IMG/VR virus record: IMGVR_UViG_3300048917_000249
Location: 1-47,747 of that record
Origin: a virus
DNA length: 47,747 bases
Reading direction: 5' to 3' (one strand)
Shown here: positions 24,462 through 32,921 of the stretch, piece by piece
How the letters are laid out: each line of letters starts with the position of its first letter
How positions within the stretch are numbered: position 1 is the stretch's first letter
Made by a program: the position numbers and the translations under genes
The notes under the pieces: generated by a model
Told to the model about the DNA's origin: nothing
Databases searched by the model: none
Seen by the model: the letters and a program-made list of their open reading frames with translations, nothing else

Positions 24462-25868
24462 ATGCCCGCCATTGTTCGCCCAAAACAGTCGATCTTGTTT
24501 TCCGATCGGCCGCGCGGCCTGGTTCAGGCTGATTTGCTCGACGCCCAAATTCACAATCTGGTGCAGGCCATCCACTCGACGCAGGTTGCGTTGGAAGAGA
24601 TCCGCCGCGACGACGGAAAACTGAAAAATAACATCGTCGGTCGCGACCAGCTTGAACAGGATATCAAGCACAGCCGCTCGGAGATGGACAGCGTCGAGCA
24701 GCGCGTCCTCGCTGCCGCGCAGAATGCCGTCGAAGCGGTCGGTCGCGTGGTCAGCGCCGGTCGTGATGTTGATTTTCGCGCCAATGACGCCGAAGCGGCC
24801 GCCGTCAGCGCCGCAAAATCACTTTCTGCGGTGACGCTCGACAGTGCTACGGCGTTTGACGCGGCGTCCGACGCTGATAATTCGGCCGATCGAGCGGAAT
24901 CCGCGGCGATCCAGTCGGAAAATTGGTCGAATCACAGTCTGGCCAATTCTGATAACGCCATCGCCGCCAAAAACGAGGCCACGCAGTGGGCTGAGTACCT
25001 CGCCGGCCCCGTGGTCGACCCCAACGCGGCGCCGGCGTACATCCAAAACCACCCTTATGGCCACGGTTTGTATTATCAGCCGGTGCAGGGCGGCGTGGCG
25101 GGTCTGTGGTCGGCAAAATGGTGGGCGCTGTACGCGCAAAACCTGGTTGGCAACGTTGGATTTTATTATTTAGGGCCGTCCGACAGCCCGCCGATCCCGG
25201 GCGGCCAGAATCCGGTCACCGGCCAGGCTTATCCCAATCCGATCGCGCCCGGATCGTTCTATTACGACACCTCCAGCCATCCGCCGCAGGTGATGTTCTG
25301 GAACGGCGCGCAATGGATGCCGCCAAATCCGAATGTCACGGCCGGATACCTCGCCAGATTTTATTACACCGCTGCGGCCGGCCAAACCGTGTTTTCCGGC
25401 AACGACAACAACGGCGTCCAGCCGTCTTTCACCACCGAAGGCCATAACGTCCACGTCAACGGCGTCAGATTGGTCCCCGATGTCGATTTCACCATCGACA
25501 ATCCGAACCAATCCATGAGTTTGATCGAAAGCGTGCCCGCCGGCAGCAGCATCCAGTGGGATCTGTTGATTCCCGGCGACAAGGTGAATTCTGCGGCGTT
25601 GGACGCGTTCAAGATCGAGACTCTGACGCCGAACGGCTCGCAGGTTTCTTTCAATCTGAGTTACATCGACCCGGCCAGCAGCACTTCGACACCGACCGAG
25701 ATCGGCACCGGCTCGCAACTGCAGGTCTCATTGGATGGCGTCATCCAAGAGCCCGCCGTCGATTACACCGCGATCGGCAGCGTGTTGACGATGGCCACAC
25801 CGCCGCCGGTCGACAGCAAGCTTTGGGCCGTCTGGTACCGGCCGCATGTGCAACAGGATCTGCCATGA
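24462..25868 (+). CDS. tail fibre-like protein (468 aa)
   Basis: First gene of the late block. It has an Ala/Ser-rich helical N-terminal half (AAAVSAAKSLSAV...AESAAIQSENW) typical of fibre shafts. Confidence 0.6.
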   Translation: MPAIVRPKQSILFSDRPRGLVQADLLDAQIHNLVQAIHSTQVALEEIRRDDGKLKNNIVGRDQLEQDIKHSRSEMDSVEQRVLAAAQNAVEAVGRVVSAGRDVDFRANDAEAAAVSAAKSLSAVTLDSATAFDAASDADNSADRAESAAIQSENWSNHSLANSDNAIAAKNEATQWAEYLAGPVVDPNAAPAYIQNHPYGHGLYYQPVQGGVAGLWSAKWWALYAQNLVGNVGFYYLGPSDSPPIPGGQNPVTGQAYPNPIAPGSFYYDTSSHPPQVMFWNGAQWMPPNPNVTAGYLARFYYTAAAGQTVFSGNDNNGVQPSFTTEGHNVHVNGVRLVPDVDFTIDNPNQSMSLIESVPAGSSIQWDLLIPGDKVNSAALDAFKIETLTPNGSQVSFNLSYIDPASSTSTPTEIGTGSQLQVSLDGVIQEPAVDYTAIGSVLTMATPPPVDSKLWAVWYRPHVQQDLP

Positions 25869-27499
25869 GCCAGAACCTTCGCGTCGCCACCTGGATCCCT
25901 GTTATTGATCCCGACATTGACGGCGAGGTGATCACTGCCACCGGGCCGGCTTCGGTCAACGAAGTGGTGCCGACCGCGTTCTCGATCGGCGGCGGGCCGA
26001 AGGGCGACAAGGGCGACAAGGGTGACAAGGGCGACCCCGGCGTCAACGGCACCAACGGTGTCGACGGCGCGGTCGGCCCGGTCGGCCCGCAAGGACCGCA
26101 GGGCATCCAGGGCGTCAAAGGCGACAAGGGCGACAAGGGCGACCCCGGTGCGGCCGGCTCCGGCACCGGCGACATGCTGGCCGCCAATAACCTGCTCGAC
26201 GTTGTCAACAAGCCGCAGTCGCTGATCAATATTGGCGGTGTGCCCGAGGCGCCGTTTGATGGCGTCACTTATGCTCGCAAGGACAAGACCTGGATCCCCG
26301 GCGGCACCGGTCCGGCCGGACCGACCGGACCGGCCGGCGCGCCGGGCGCGGCCGGACCGCAAGGGCCGAAGGGTGATCCTGGCGCGGCCGGTACCGCCGG
26401 CGCCCCCGGCGCACCCGGCGCCACCGGCCCTGCCGGTCCGGCGCAGTCGGTCACGGTCGCCGATACGCCGCCGGCGTCGCCGACGCCCGGCCAAATGTGG
26501 TGGGAGAGCGATTCCGGTCTGCTCTACATTTGGTTCAACGACGGCACCTCGTCGCAGTGGGTGATCGCGACACCGATGCCGGATTATTCGACGCTGGCGA
26601 TCGATGCCAACGTCGTACACAAGACCGGCGATACTCTGACCGGGCCACTGATTGCTGCGGCTGATCCGACCGTGGCGCTCGGTGTCGCGACCAAGCAGTA
26701 CGTCGATAGCAAAGTCAGCGGCGGTACTTTCCGCCCGCAGCTTACGGCGGCTCGCTCTTGGTATATTCGCACTGACGGCAACGACACTAACGACGGCAGT
26801 GCTAACGACGCGGCACATGCGTTCGCAACCATTCAGAAAGCGTGGGACACTCTCTGCAAGTACGATTGCAACGGCTTTGCCGTCAACCTTGTGTGCGGCG
26901 CGGGGATGACGTTCACGGCTGGTCTGGTGACCAGCAGTACGGTCGCGCCCGTCAACGCTTTCAATGTCACGCTCGACGGTGGTGGCTCGACAATACAAAC
27001 GAGCTTTGGTGCTTGTGTCCTGCACACTGCGGCCAATGTCGGGCTATACATATACAACGCTATTCTAAGGCCGGGGCTTGGTGGCGACTGTGTTTCGGTC
27101 AGCGGACGCGGCGTCAGATGTACGATTGCAGGCAACATAACATTTGGCCCAGCCAACGCTCCCCAAGCCCACGTGAAGGTTTTAAACGGAGCCTACTGCA
27201 ATCTGTCCAACGCCTACACAGTGACCGGCTCGGCTGGTTATCACTTCAATGTTAGTAAGCAGTCGATGCTTGAAGTGAACGGTGTCACTGTCACTCTGAC
27301 GGCTGGCCTTGCTTTCACTGCTTTTGCTCTGTGCGACCAACTCGGTTTCATTAGCGCGACGACCATGACCTACACCAACGGGGCTTCGATTACGGGGAAG
27401 CAGTATCAGATCACCGCCAACAGTGTCATCGCTACCGGCGGCAGCGTTTTTCCTGGCGGCACTGCGGGTACGGTAGCAACCGGCGGCCAGTACATCTGA
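25865..27499 (+). CDS. collagen-like tail fibre protein
   Basis: ATGA start overlap. There are two Gly-X-Y blocks (GPKGDKGDKGDKGDPGVNGTNGVDG... and GPAGPTGPAGAPGAAGPQGPKGDPG...). GDTLTGPL and ATKQYVD are fibre motifs. Confidence 0.85.
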   Translation: MSQNLRVATWIPVIDPDIDGEVITATGPASVNEVVPTAFSIGGGPKGDKGDKGDKGDPGVNGTNGVDGAVGPVGPQGPQGIQGVKGDKGDKGDPGAAGSGTGDMLAANNLLDVVNKPQSLINIGGVPEAPFDGVTYARKDKTWIPGGTGPAGPTGPAGAPGAAGPQGPKGDPGAAGTAGAPGAPGATGPAGPAQSVTVADTPPASPTPGQMWWESDSGLLYIWFNDGTSSQWVIATPMPDYSTLAIDANVVHKTGDTLTGPLIAAADPTVALGVATKQYVDSKVSGGTFRPQLTAARSWYIRTDGNDTNDGSANDAAHAFATIQKAWDTLCKYDCNGFAVNLVCGAGMTFTAGLVTSSTVAPVNAFNVTLDGGGSTIQTSFGACVLHTAANVGLYIYNAILRPGLGGDCVSVSGRGVRCTIAGNITFGPANAPQAHVKVLNGAYCNLSNAYTVTGSAGYHFNVSKQSMLEVNGVTVTLTAGLAFTAFALCDQLGFISATTMTYTNGASITGKQYQITANSVIATGGSVFPGGTAGTVATGGQYI

Positions 27500-27508
27500 G
27501 GATGATCA

Positions 27509-28933
27509 ATGCTTGATTTTCCATCATCGCCCACTGTCGGTCTGAAATATCCGGCCACGCCGATCACTGGCATCCCGACCTACACGTGGGACGGCGAGAA
27601 ATGGACGACGCAAGGGCCGTCGATAGGCGGTCAGTTCGTGCTGAAGGCTGGCGACACGATGACGGGCGATCTGACGATCAGCAAGGCAACGCCAGTTATC
27701 AATATCAATAAGCCGTCTGCTGGAAGCAGTGCGAATATAATTGCCGCGTCGAACGGCTTGTCTCGGTGGGCGGTGAATTTAGGAAACAACACCGCGGAAA
27801 GCGGTGCCAATGCAGGCTCTGATTTTGGTTTGGCCAGGTTCGATGACGCTGGCGCAGTTCTTGGCTTCCCACTTAATATTACTCGATCTACCGGACTTGC
27901 AATAGTTGAGGCCGACCCCACCGCCGCGCTCGGTGTCGCCACCAAGCAGTATGTCGATAGCAGTGCTGGCTTGGCTGCGGCGGGGATGCAGATCAATGGT
28001 GGTATGGAGTTTGATCAAGCTAACGCTGGCGCTTCAGTTGTAATCGGGGCTGGAGCGAGTGGTGGAAAATCAATTGATAGTTGGGGATTTAACGCGGGTG
28101 GAACGAGTGCGGCTTTCACCTTGCAACAAGTGCAGTCAGTTTTTCCTGGGTTCAACAAGGAATTAAAGCTGACTGTTACGACAGCGCAGCCAACAATTGG
28201 CGCGTCCATCATGGATATTGAGGCTTATATAGAGGGCTATCGAATAGCTCGATTGGCCCCCGGCACGGCTTCAGCAAAATTAGTTACGATTGGGTTTTGG
28301 GTGAAGTCATCTGTAGCCGGTACTTTTCCCGTATACCTGTGCAATAACAACATAAGCTCTCTCGCTCAGGGAAACATAACAATCACCGCAGCAAATGTTG
28401 CTCAATATGTAAACGCTACAATACAGGTGCCGACAACCGGCACTTGGCTGACCGACAACAGTCTTGGAATGGTTTTAAAATTTCGGGTGATGCAAGGAGG
28501 GTTCAACATCGCCGCCACTGTCGGCAACACCTTTGAAATCACCGGCCTTGTCGTTCTCCCCGGCGCTCTGACAATCACCGCCGCGCAGTCGCCGCTGCTG
28601 ATGCGTCCGTATGATCAGGAACTGCAATTGTGTAAGAGATACTTCTATAACGGAATTCCACCATTGCGTGGCGTTGTATCTGGATCGACCACCGGAAGCA
28701 GATTGGGGGCACGTCATCCCGTAACCATGCGCGCAACGCCGACGCTGATCCTGACCGCACCGCTTTTTGTTTTTGACGGGACAAGCCCGACAAACCTTAC
28801 GGCTATCGTTACCAATTTCAGCACGCCAGACGTTATAGAATGCGAAGCAACAATAGGTGCCGGGCTGACCGTTGGTCGAGTACTGGTAGTCTACCAGCAG
28901 AGTGGAAACCTCAATGTAGATGCGAGGCTTTGA
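27509..28933 (+). CDS. tail fibre protein with an AT-richer distal half
   Basis: GDTMTGDL and ADPTAALGVATKQYVDS are shared with the previous gene. The composition drops after ~27990. Confidence 0.8.
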   Translation: MLDFPSSPTVGLKYPATPITGIPTYTWDGEKWTTQGPSIGGQFVLKAGDTMTGDLTISKATPVININKPSAGSSANIIAASNGLSRWAVNLGNNTAESGANAGSDFGLARFDDAGAVLGFPLNITRSTGLAIVEADPTAALGVATKQYVDSSAGLAAAGMQINGGMEFDQANAGASVVIGAGASGGKSIDSWGFNAGGTSAAFTLQQVQSVFPGFNKELKLTVTTAQPTIGASIMDIEAYIEGYRIARLAPGTASAKLVTIGFWVKSSVAGTFPVYLCNNNISSLAQGNITITAANVAQYVNATIQVPTTGTWLTDNSLGMVLKFRVMQGGFNIAATVGNTFEITGLVVLPGALTITAAQSPLLMRPYDQELQLCKRYFYNGIPPLRGVVSGSTTGSRLGARHPVTMRATPTLILTAPLFVFDGTSPTNLTAIVTNFSTPDVIECEATIGAGLTVGRVLVVYQQSGNLNVDARL

Positions 28934-29241
28934 TGGCTGACTATCAACTCACCAACACCGACAGTGTCATCCGCACCGAGGACGGCGCTTGCATTCCCAA
29001 CGATCCGGCCAATCGCGACTGGGCCGAGTACGAGCAATGGCTGGCAGACGGTGGCGAGCCCGATCCCTACGTTGTGCCGGAGCTGGTGCCGCCAACGCCA
29101 TCCAGCGAGCAGACCACGCTCTACGAACACGAAAACCGCATCCGTGCGCTGGAGGGTCAGCCGCCGTTGTCGGTCGCTGATTTCATCGCCAAGGGGTCGC
29201 AGCCCAAACCACAGGTGCAACCCTCCAAGAAGAAGAGATGA
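28933..29241 (+). CDS. hypothetical protein (possible fibre assembly/chaperone, by position only)
   Basis: ATG overlaps the upstream TGA. The sequence includes IPNDPANRDWAEYEQWLADGGEP. Confidence 0.6.
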   Translation: MADYQLTNTDSVIRTEDGACIPNDPANRDWAEYEQWLADGGEPDPYVVPELVPPTPSSEQTTLYEHENRIRALEGQPPLSVADFIAKGSQPKPQVQPSKKKR

Positions 29242-29441
29242 TCCAGACCACCGGCAAGATCATTGGCCACGTCACCGAAAGCCTCAAGGACAGGCCGCTG
29301 GCGCTGGCGCTGGTTCTGGTCAACGTGCTGTTTCTGATCATGACGTCCGGGTTGCTGTATTCGGTCAACGAACACGGCCTGCGCCGTGATAAGTTGATTT
29401 CCGATCTGATCCAACTGTGTTCACCCAAACGCGGAGACTGA
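29238..29441 (+). CDS. small single-pass membrane protein (67 aa)
   Basis: ATGA overlap. The TM segment is LALALVLVNVLFLIMTSGLLY. Confidence 0.6.
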   Translation: MIQTTGKIIGHVTESLKDRPLALALVLVNVLFLIMTSGLLYSVNEHGLRRDKLISDLIQLCSPKRGD

Positions 29442-29443
29442 AG

Positions 29444-29842
29444 ATGGCGAATTACCACATCGAAGCCAACGAAGTGATTTCGATCGTCGGTCCGGCCAAG
29501 ATTAGCGTTGTGTCCGATGTTCCGCCGGTTACCGCGGTGGTCGAGGCGCCGACCATCACTGACTTAGAGCCTAGTTCGGTGGCGCTTGGTGACCCTGACG
29601 TCGACCTTCACGTTACCGGAACCGGGTTCACCGAAATTAGCCGCATCGTTTTTGACGGTCACGACGAACCCACCAAGCTGATTTCTGAGACTGAAGTCAG
29701 TACCGGCGTGAAGCCGTCGTTGTTCACCGAAGCCAAGGATATCGGCGTTGCGGTGCGCAACGGCAGTATGATCAGCTCCACACTGCCGTTCACCTTCACC
29801 GCATCCGGCACCCGCAGCACGAGCCGTCGCAAAAGGGACTGA
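29444..29842 (+). CDS. IPT/TIG-like Ig-fold domain protein
   Basis: PTITDLEPSSVALGDPDVDLHVTGTGFTEISRIVFDG...VAVRNG...LPFTF matches the IPT/TIG pattern. Confidence 0.6.
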   Translation: MANYHIEANEVISIVGPAKISVVSDVPPVTAVVEAPTITDLEPSSVALGDPDVDLHVTGTGFTEISRIVFDGHDEPTKLISETEVSTGVKPSLFTEAKDIGVAVRNGSMISSTLPFTFTASGTRSTSRRKRD

Positions 29843-29844
29843 TC

Positions 29845-31026
29845 ATGTCTTTTGTCCGTCATCGCCGGAATCACGATCCGGTCGTTACCTTTCCGCCGAC
29901 GATCGAGCCGGGCGAACTCGCGATCAACACCGCAAACCGGCAGATCACGGCGGGAGATTCCGACCCCAGTTCGCTTGGACTGCCGATGGCGGTGCTGGCG
30001 GTGCGGATCTTCGACGCCCGCGGCAAGTACGCGATCGGCGATTACGTCGTCCAGGGCGGTTATCTGTACCGCTGCAAGGTGGCGCACGGCCCGGCGGCGT
30101 TCGTGGCGGCTAGTTTCGAGCAGATCGCCGGTGTTGACGCCACGGCGACGACACTCGGCAACTATTTGATGTTAACCGGCGGCACCTTGAGTGGCGCGCT
30201 GCAATTGCCGGCCGCGGCGCCGACCGCGGCGACCCAGGCCGCCAACAAGAAATACGTCGACGATCAGGTCACTAACTTGATCCTCGGCCAGGTTTCGGCT
30301 TCGACGATCAACAACACGCCGTCCGGCAATATTTCGTCAACCACGGTGCAGGGCGCGCTCAGCGAGCTCGACGCCGAAAAGGTGGCCAAGGCTGGCGATA
30401 GCATGACGGGCCAGTTGGCGCTGCCGGCCACGCCGGCGTCTGGCCCGGCCAATGCGGCGCGGCGCGACTACGTCGACAGTGTGAGAACCGACTTCGGTGC
30501 GGCTGATGGAGTATTGCAGACCAATATTGACGGTAAGGTCGCCAAAGCCGGTGATACGCTGACTGGACAATTATCGCTGCCGACCGTGCCGGCTCCGGTG
30601 GCCGCCAATGCGGTCCGCAAGGATTACGTCGATACGCTGCTGGTTCCGGCCACGGTCGCCGAGTTCACCAGCAACGCCAGCGTCGTCAAGATGCTGACGC
30701 CGGCGACGGTCTGGAATGCGGCCAATCTGGTTAGTTTGAACGGCGCCGCCGTGCAGCCTGACTTCGGCGCCGGCATCGACTTCTACTGGCCGCTCAACAC
30801 CAGCTGCACGCTGTACAACCCGCTGCGGATGAAGGTGGGGCAGAAGGGGATGTTTTACTTTGGCGTCGCCGGTCCTGGCTGCAATGTCGGCGCCTGGGAT
30901 AGCGCCTGGAAATTTCCCAATGGCTTAAAGCCAATATTTTCACCCAGCGGCGGCTTCGACGCGATGTCCTACGCCGTCGTCAACACCTCGTTTATCTGCT
31001 GTTTCTTCGCCGCCAGTATGGGTTGA
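29845..31026 (+). CDS. tail fibre-like protein (393 aa)
   Basis: Repeated LTGGTLSGAL / GDSMTGQL / GDTLTGQL units, each followed by a (K/R)(K/D)YVD motif. Confidence 0.75.
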   Translation: MSFVRHRRNHDPVVTFPPTIEPGELAINTANRQITAGDSDPSSLGLPMAVLAVRIFDARGKYAIGDYVVQGGYLYRCKVAHGPAAFVAASFEQIAGVDATATTLGNYLMLTGGTLSGALQLPAAAPTAATQAANKKYVDDQVTNLILGQVSASTINNTPSGNISSTTVQGALSELDAEKVAKAGDSMTGQLALPATPASGPANAARRDYVDSVRTDFGAADGVLQTNIDGKVAKAGDTLTGQLSLPTVPAPVAANAVRKDYVDTLLVPATVAEFTSNASVVKMLTPATVWNAANLVSLNGAAVQPDFGAGIDFYWPLNTSCTLYNPLRMKVGQKGMFYFGVAGPGCNVGAWDSAWKFPNGLKPIFSPSGGFDAMSYAVVNTSFICCFFAASMG

Positions 31027-31027
31027 T

Positions 31028-31714
31028 ATGCCGATTCCTGGACTAGTTGCGCCGGCTGTCCTCGTAGCGATCAAGGTGAAGCCTCGCTATATCGACGTCG
31101 GTTACAGCGCCAACGTCAATTTGCGTAATTTGCACGATCAATATTACAGCACCTGGCCGCCGCGCACCCAGGTCGTTTTCACCATCAGCTCGTATGTCTT
31201 CTCTAACGCTTACTACGCGCCGGCGCTCGATCTGAGCAACTTCCCGGCTGATTTCGAGATCATCCTGATCAACAATGGCCACATCCGCGGCGCCGGCGGC
31301 GCCGGCGGGGGTTATTCCGGCTCAACGGCGGCAGAACCTGGTGGCACGGCGCTGTACCTCCGCAACTACGTCAAGATCCAGAACAACGGCACGATCTACG
31401 GCGGCGGCGGCGGCGGTAACGGAAACGCCGGCAATGGCGGCGGCGGCGGCGCCGGCGTAAATCCCGGTTTGGGCGGCAATCATTATCCGGGCTTTGGTCG
31501 GGCACCGGACGGTAGCGAATATTCCGGCGGCTATATCGGTGATGGTCAGGGCCGCTCTGGTGGTGACGTCGGTCAGGGCAGTGCTAACGGTCAGCGTGCC
31601 GGTTATTGTTGGGATGGCGGTGGATACATTCTGTCGTTCGGGACTTGGGATAGCGTCCGTAACATTTGGACGAACACCGGCAATCCAGGTGCATACCTGG
31701 GGCCGGGAGCGTAG
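31028..31714 (+). CDS. glycine-rich protein (228 aa)
   Basis: GAGGAGGGYSG...GGGGGGNGNAGNGGGGGAGVNPGLGG. It lies adjacent to the fibre genes. Confidence 0.65.
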   Translation: MPIPGLVAPAVLVAIKVKPRYIDVGYSANVNLRNLHDQYYSTWPPRTQVVFTISSYVFSNAYYAPALDLSNFPADFEIILINNGHIRGAGGAGGGYSGSTAAEPGGTALYLRNYVKIQNNGTIYGGGGGGNGNAGNGGGGGAGVNPGLGGNHYPGFGRAPDGSEYSGGYIGDGQGRSGGDVGQGSANGQRAGYCWDGGGYILSFGTWDSVRNIWTNTGNPGAYLGPGA

Positions 31715-31723
31715 GAGGACGTC

Positions 31724-31957
31724 ATGAAGAAGCGTAAAGTCGTAAAACGGCAGGCCAAAAAGGCCATCCGCACGAAGTCTAAGAAGAGGAAATCCAAGAT
31801 GACCACCAAGAAGCCGATCGACGAAGACCCTCATCCGGCACCGAAGCATCCAGACAAGCAAGATCACAAGCCGGCAGAGGATGATCCGATGGCGAAGCCG
31901 CCGGATTCACCACCCAATCCGAACCTGCCGCCGGAGCAGCCGCAACCGCACAAATGA
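31724..31957 (+). CDS. small protein with a very basic N-terminus and a Pro-rich C-terminus (77 aa)
   Basis: AGGAGG RBS overlapping the upstream TAG. The N-terminus is MKKRKVVKRQAKKAIRTKSKKRKSK. Confidence 0.55.
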   Translation: MKKRKVVKRQAKKAIRTKSKKRKSKMTTKKPIDEDPHPAPKHPDKQDHKPAEDDPMAKPPDSPPNPNLPPEQPQPHK

Positions 31958-32238
31958 CCGAGTGGCCTAAAAATCCACAATTGCAAGTTGGCGGGGCCTT
32001 AGAACCGGCCGGCCCCGTCAATGTTTTCAATGAGAAGGTGGCGACTGCGGAAGCGATCAATCGCGCGATCGCCACCAAGACCACCTACGATGCGACGCAC
32101 CCGGCGGTGCCACCGCCGGAGGTAATACCGCCGCCGCCAGGCATTCCGATCAGCGCCGGCGGTCCGATCGACACCCCCATAGACGGGGTCAAGTACATGT
32201 TAGATATTTCCACCGCGGCAGCGCGCCGCCGACGCTAA
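31954..32238 (+). CDS. hypothetical protein (94 aa)
   Basis: ATGA overlap with the upstream gene. Confidence 0.55.
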   Translation: MTEWPKNPQLQVGGALEPAGPVNVFNEKVATAEAINRAIATKTTYDATHPAVPPPEVIPPPPGIPISAGGPIDTPIDGVKYMLDISTAAARRRR

Positions 32239-32252
32239 CAGGCCAACGACCG

Positions 32253-32465
32253 ATGATGCGGCTTGCCGCAGTGGTGGTGATCGCCATGCTGATGGTGAGC
32301 TGCCGCAGTGGCCGCTGGGCTTGGGTCGACGAGGAGCCGGTTGTTGCACCAGTGGTCGCGAAATGTCGCGGCGGTACGGTCAACACCGAGCGTCGTGTTA
32401 CTGATGTTTCAGTGCTCGGCCGCACCCGCAGCACCACCTATCGCACTGACGCTTGTCTCGACTAG
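32253..32465 (+). CDS. small lipoprotein (spanin- or exclusion-type candidate)
   Basis: MMRLAAVVVIAMLMVSC is a signal peptide with a lipobox-like LMVSC. Confidence 0.6.
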   Translation: MMRLAAVVVIAMLMVSCRSGRWAWVDEEPVVAPVVAKCRGGTVNTERRVTDVSVLGRTRSTTYRTDACLD

Positions 32466-32476
32466 GGAGGAATACG

Positions 32477-32647
32477 ATGAGCATAGGTCTGCTATTTTGG
32501 GTGTTGATGGTGCTCTGGTTCGTAAGTTGGCTCGGCGCAATCTACGGGCCTGGCGCCTATCCTTGGGTACATGCCAACAACGTGCTGTTCTTCATCCTGC
32601 TGTTCTTGTTGGGATGGCATGCTTTTGGCTTCGTTATACACGCTTGA
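32477..32647 (+). CDS. two-TM small membrane protein (56 aa), holin candidate
   Basis: ATG 32477 is preceded by GGGAGGaatacg. The TM segments are IGLLFWVLMVLWFVSWLGAIY and VLFFILLFLLGWHAFGFVI. Confidence 0.55.
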   Translation: MSIGLLFWVLMVLWFVSWLGAIYGPGAYPWVHANNVLFFILLFLLGWHAFGFVIHA

Positions 32648-32651
32648 GCCG

Positions 32652-32680
32652 CCCAAAAATTTTTTCGGATTTTCAACCTA
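32652..32680 (+). promoter_or_regulatory. conserved A/T-tract + GGATTTTCAACCT box, copy B
   Basis: AAAATTTTTT-C-GGATTTTCAACCT begins 5 nt after stop 32645-32647 and ends 14 nt before ATG 32694. It matches 4624..4652. Confidence 0.45.
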
Positions 32681-32693
32681 AAGGAACCACATC

Positions 32694-32921
32694 ATGGCAA
32701 TGCCAAAAGTCCCGATCGTCAAGATTAATCCGCCGCCGGTTGCCAAGGCGCCGCCACTCACTTCCAAGACCATGGACACTTACACGCATCACACCTCGCC
32801 GGTGAAAGGCCCGCAGCCGATGCCGGCGGAAGTGGACCCCATCAGCTCCAAACCGAAAGCGAAGATCAAGACACTGCCGGACGTGCCGCCAGCCAAATAC
32901 AAGCATGTCGAAGAACCCTGA
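32694..32921 (+). CDS. Pro/Lys-rich small protein (75 aa) upstream of TerL
   Basis: ATG preceded by aaaggaaccacatc. There is no small-terminase motif. Confidence 0.5.
   Translation: MAMPKVPIVKINPPPVAKAPPLTSKTMDTYTHHTSPVKGPQPMPAEVDPISSKPKAKIKTLPDVPPAKYKHVEEP

Noticed and set aside
24462-31026. Diversity-generating retroelement acting on the fibre genes
   Set aside because: No reverse transcriptase gene is present, and there is no template/variable repeat pair with adenine-specific differences. The shared modules are ordinary conserved fibre motifs.
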